Virus record (IMG/VR): IMGVR_UViG_3300023246_000127
Location: 1-37,476 of that record
Source: a virus
Taxonomy: Duplodnaviria; Caudoviricetes
Strand: one strand, 5' to 3'
Length of the DNA: 37,476 bases
Under the pieces are notes generated by a model. The model searched no databases, was not told where the DNA came from, and saw nothing but the letters and a program-made list of their open reading frames with translations. The translations under genes and the position numbers were made by a program. Below, piece after piece: positions 36,735 to 37,476 of the stretch. Positions within the stretch are counted from its first letter, which is position 1, and each line of letters starts with the position of its first letter.

Positions 36735-36869
36735 ATGAGAACAATCTCAGCTTGTATTTTATCGGTTTATTACACTCACTTAAATGCCGACGTTAGCACA
36801 TTTATTTTAGTCGTCAACCTTTGGGTTATAGCACTTTTAATTAAAGAAAAACTAGACAGGAGGAGGTAA
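36735..36869 (+). CDS. Possible small hydrophobic protein (44 aa)
   Basis: MRTISACILSVYYTHLNADVSTFILVVNLWVIALLIKEKLDRRR; no clear RBS. Confidence 0.35.
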   Translation: MRTISACILSVYYTHLNADVSTFILVVNLWVIALLIKEKLDRRR

Positions 36870-36871
36870 CT

Positions 36872-37102
36872 GTGGGAAACAAGACATTTTGGCAAGACGG
36901 CAGACCCCAATCATCAAGAATAGATCCCTCAAACTCTAACGCAATATATGAGGGTTGGTGTCAAATTGGCAAGTACGCTGATACCGATAAAGGCGTGTGG
37001 AGAATATCAAAAACCGATTCAAACGGTGATAGAACGTGAGCGGAAGGAACTTATAAAGATACAAAAATATGGAACAATAGAGCTACTTATGCTTATTCGT
37101 AA
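36872..37102 (+). pseudogene. 76-codon small virion-type gene interrupted by an in-frame TGA (pseudogene, read-through or sequence error)
   Basis: AGGAGG RBS, GTG start; ...YEGW...VWRISK...DRT*AEGTYKDTKIWNNRATYAYS; TGA at 37037-37039. Confidence 0.6.
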
Positions 37103-37476
37103 ACTACTTCTTATATTATTCTTGATCGTACCTTCATATTGTTACGCCGAATTACCGACGGTTGTGTTCGGAAGCACGACATATAGATTTAATCCATTTA
37201 TGAACCCAGCTAAAAGACAACAATGGGACGACGTATCTGCGGAGAATCTAGGTGGCTACACTTCGGGTCAATTTCTATTGTTAGGGGGAAGTCAAACCGT
37301 TTCAGGTCAACCCGTATTTAACAATATAATTCTAGGCACAGCTACCTATGTTCTTGACTCTGCTCTTTTAAATGGTTACACTTCGTCTGAAATAGTAGCA
37401 ATATCTACAAATCTTGTACCTTCTCCTGATTTATCAGCTTATGCAATTAAATTAGATGTATCAAATTCAACAGATG
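37089..37476 (+). CDS. 5' part of a signal-peptide-bearing protein (tail fibre candidate), truncated by the window end
   Basis: MLIRKLLLILFLIVPSYCYA|ELPTVVFGSTTYRFNPF...; frame open to the window end. Confidence 0.75.
   Translation, partial: MLIRKLLLILFLIVPSYCYAELPTVVFGSTTYRFNPFMNPAKRQQWDDVSAENLGGYTSGQFLLLGGSQTVSGQPVFNNIILGTATYVLDSALLNGYTSSEIVAISTNLVPSPDLSAYAIKLDVSNSTD

Noticed and set aside
1888-36744. Minus-strand ORFs in the supplied track
   Set aside because: Nearly all are antisense shadows of well-supported + strand genes, with Ser/Phe/Leu-rich composition and no recognisable motifs.
1-37476. Genome-wide stop-codon reassignment (TGA=Trp)
   Set aside because: Genes are intact in the standard code and many end in TGA with ATGA/GTGA/TTGA coupling. 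Only one suspicious in-frame TGA was seen.

Overview
The window is a large part of a tailed dsDNA bacteriophage genome (Caudoviricetes, podovirus-like). Essentially every credible gene is on the + strand. Gene order: (1) the end of a probable lysis/envelope module (C-terminus of a beta-barrel-like protein, DUF5675-type protein, metallophosphoesterase); (2) a consensus sigma70 promoter and a structured leader; (3) an early/replication region (21-aa LRR-like repeat protein, SSAP plus Cas4-like nuclease, NinG, pentapeptide-repeat protein, HNH, replication initiator, Mor-like activator); (4) the late region (TerS, a TerL split into two genes, GroES-like protein, portal, scaffold, major capsid, tail adaptor/nozzle/collar proteins, three probable ejection proteins including a 1504-aa LPD38-like polyvalent protein). 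I saw no integrase, repressor, tRNA, CRISPR array or reverse transcriptase. The most striking feature is that seven late structural-region proteins, including the probable head-tail adaptor, nozzle and tail-collar protein, start with classical Sec signal peptides. Portal, scaffold, capsid and ejection proteins do not, which suggests export-coupled tail assembly. Other notable signals are three leader hairpins with complementary GGUGAG/CUCACC loops, a ~155-nt multi-stem intergenic RNA candidate, the split terminase, and an in-frame TGA at an apparent Trp position. Family assignments come from motif recognition by eye, not database searches.
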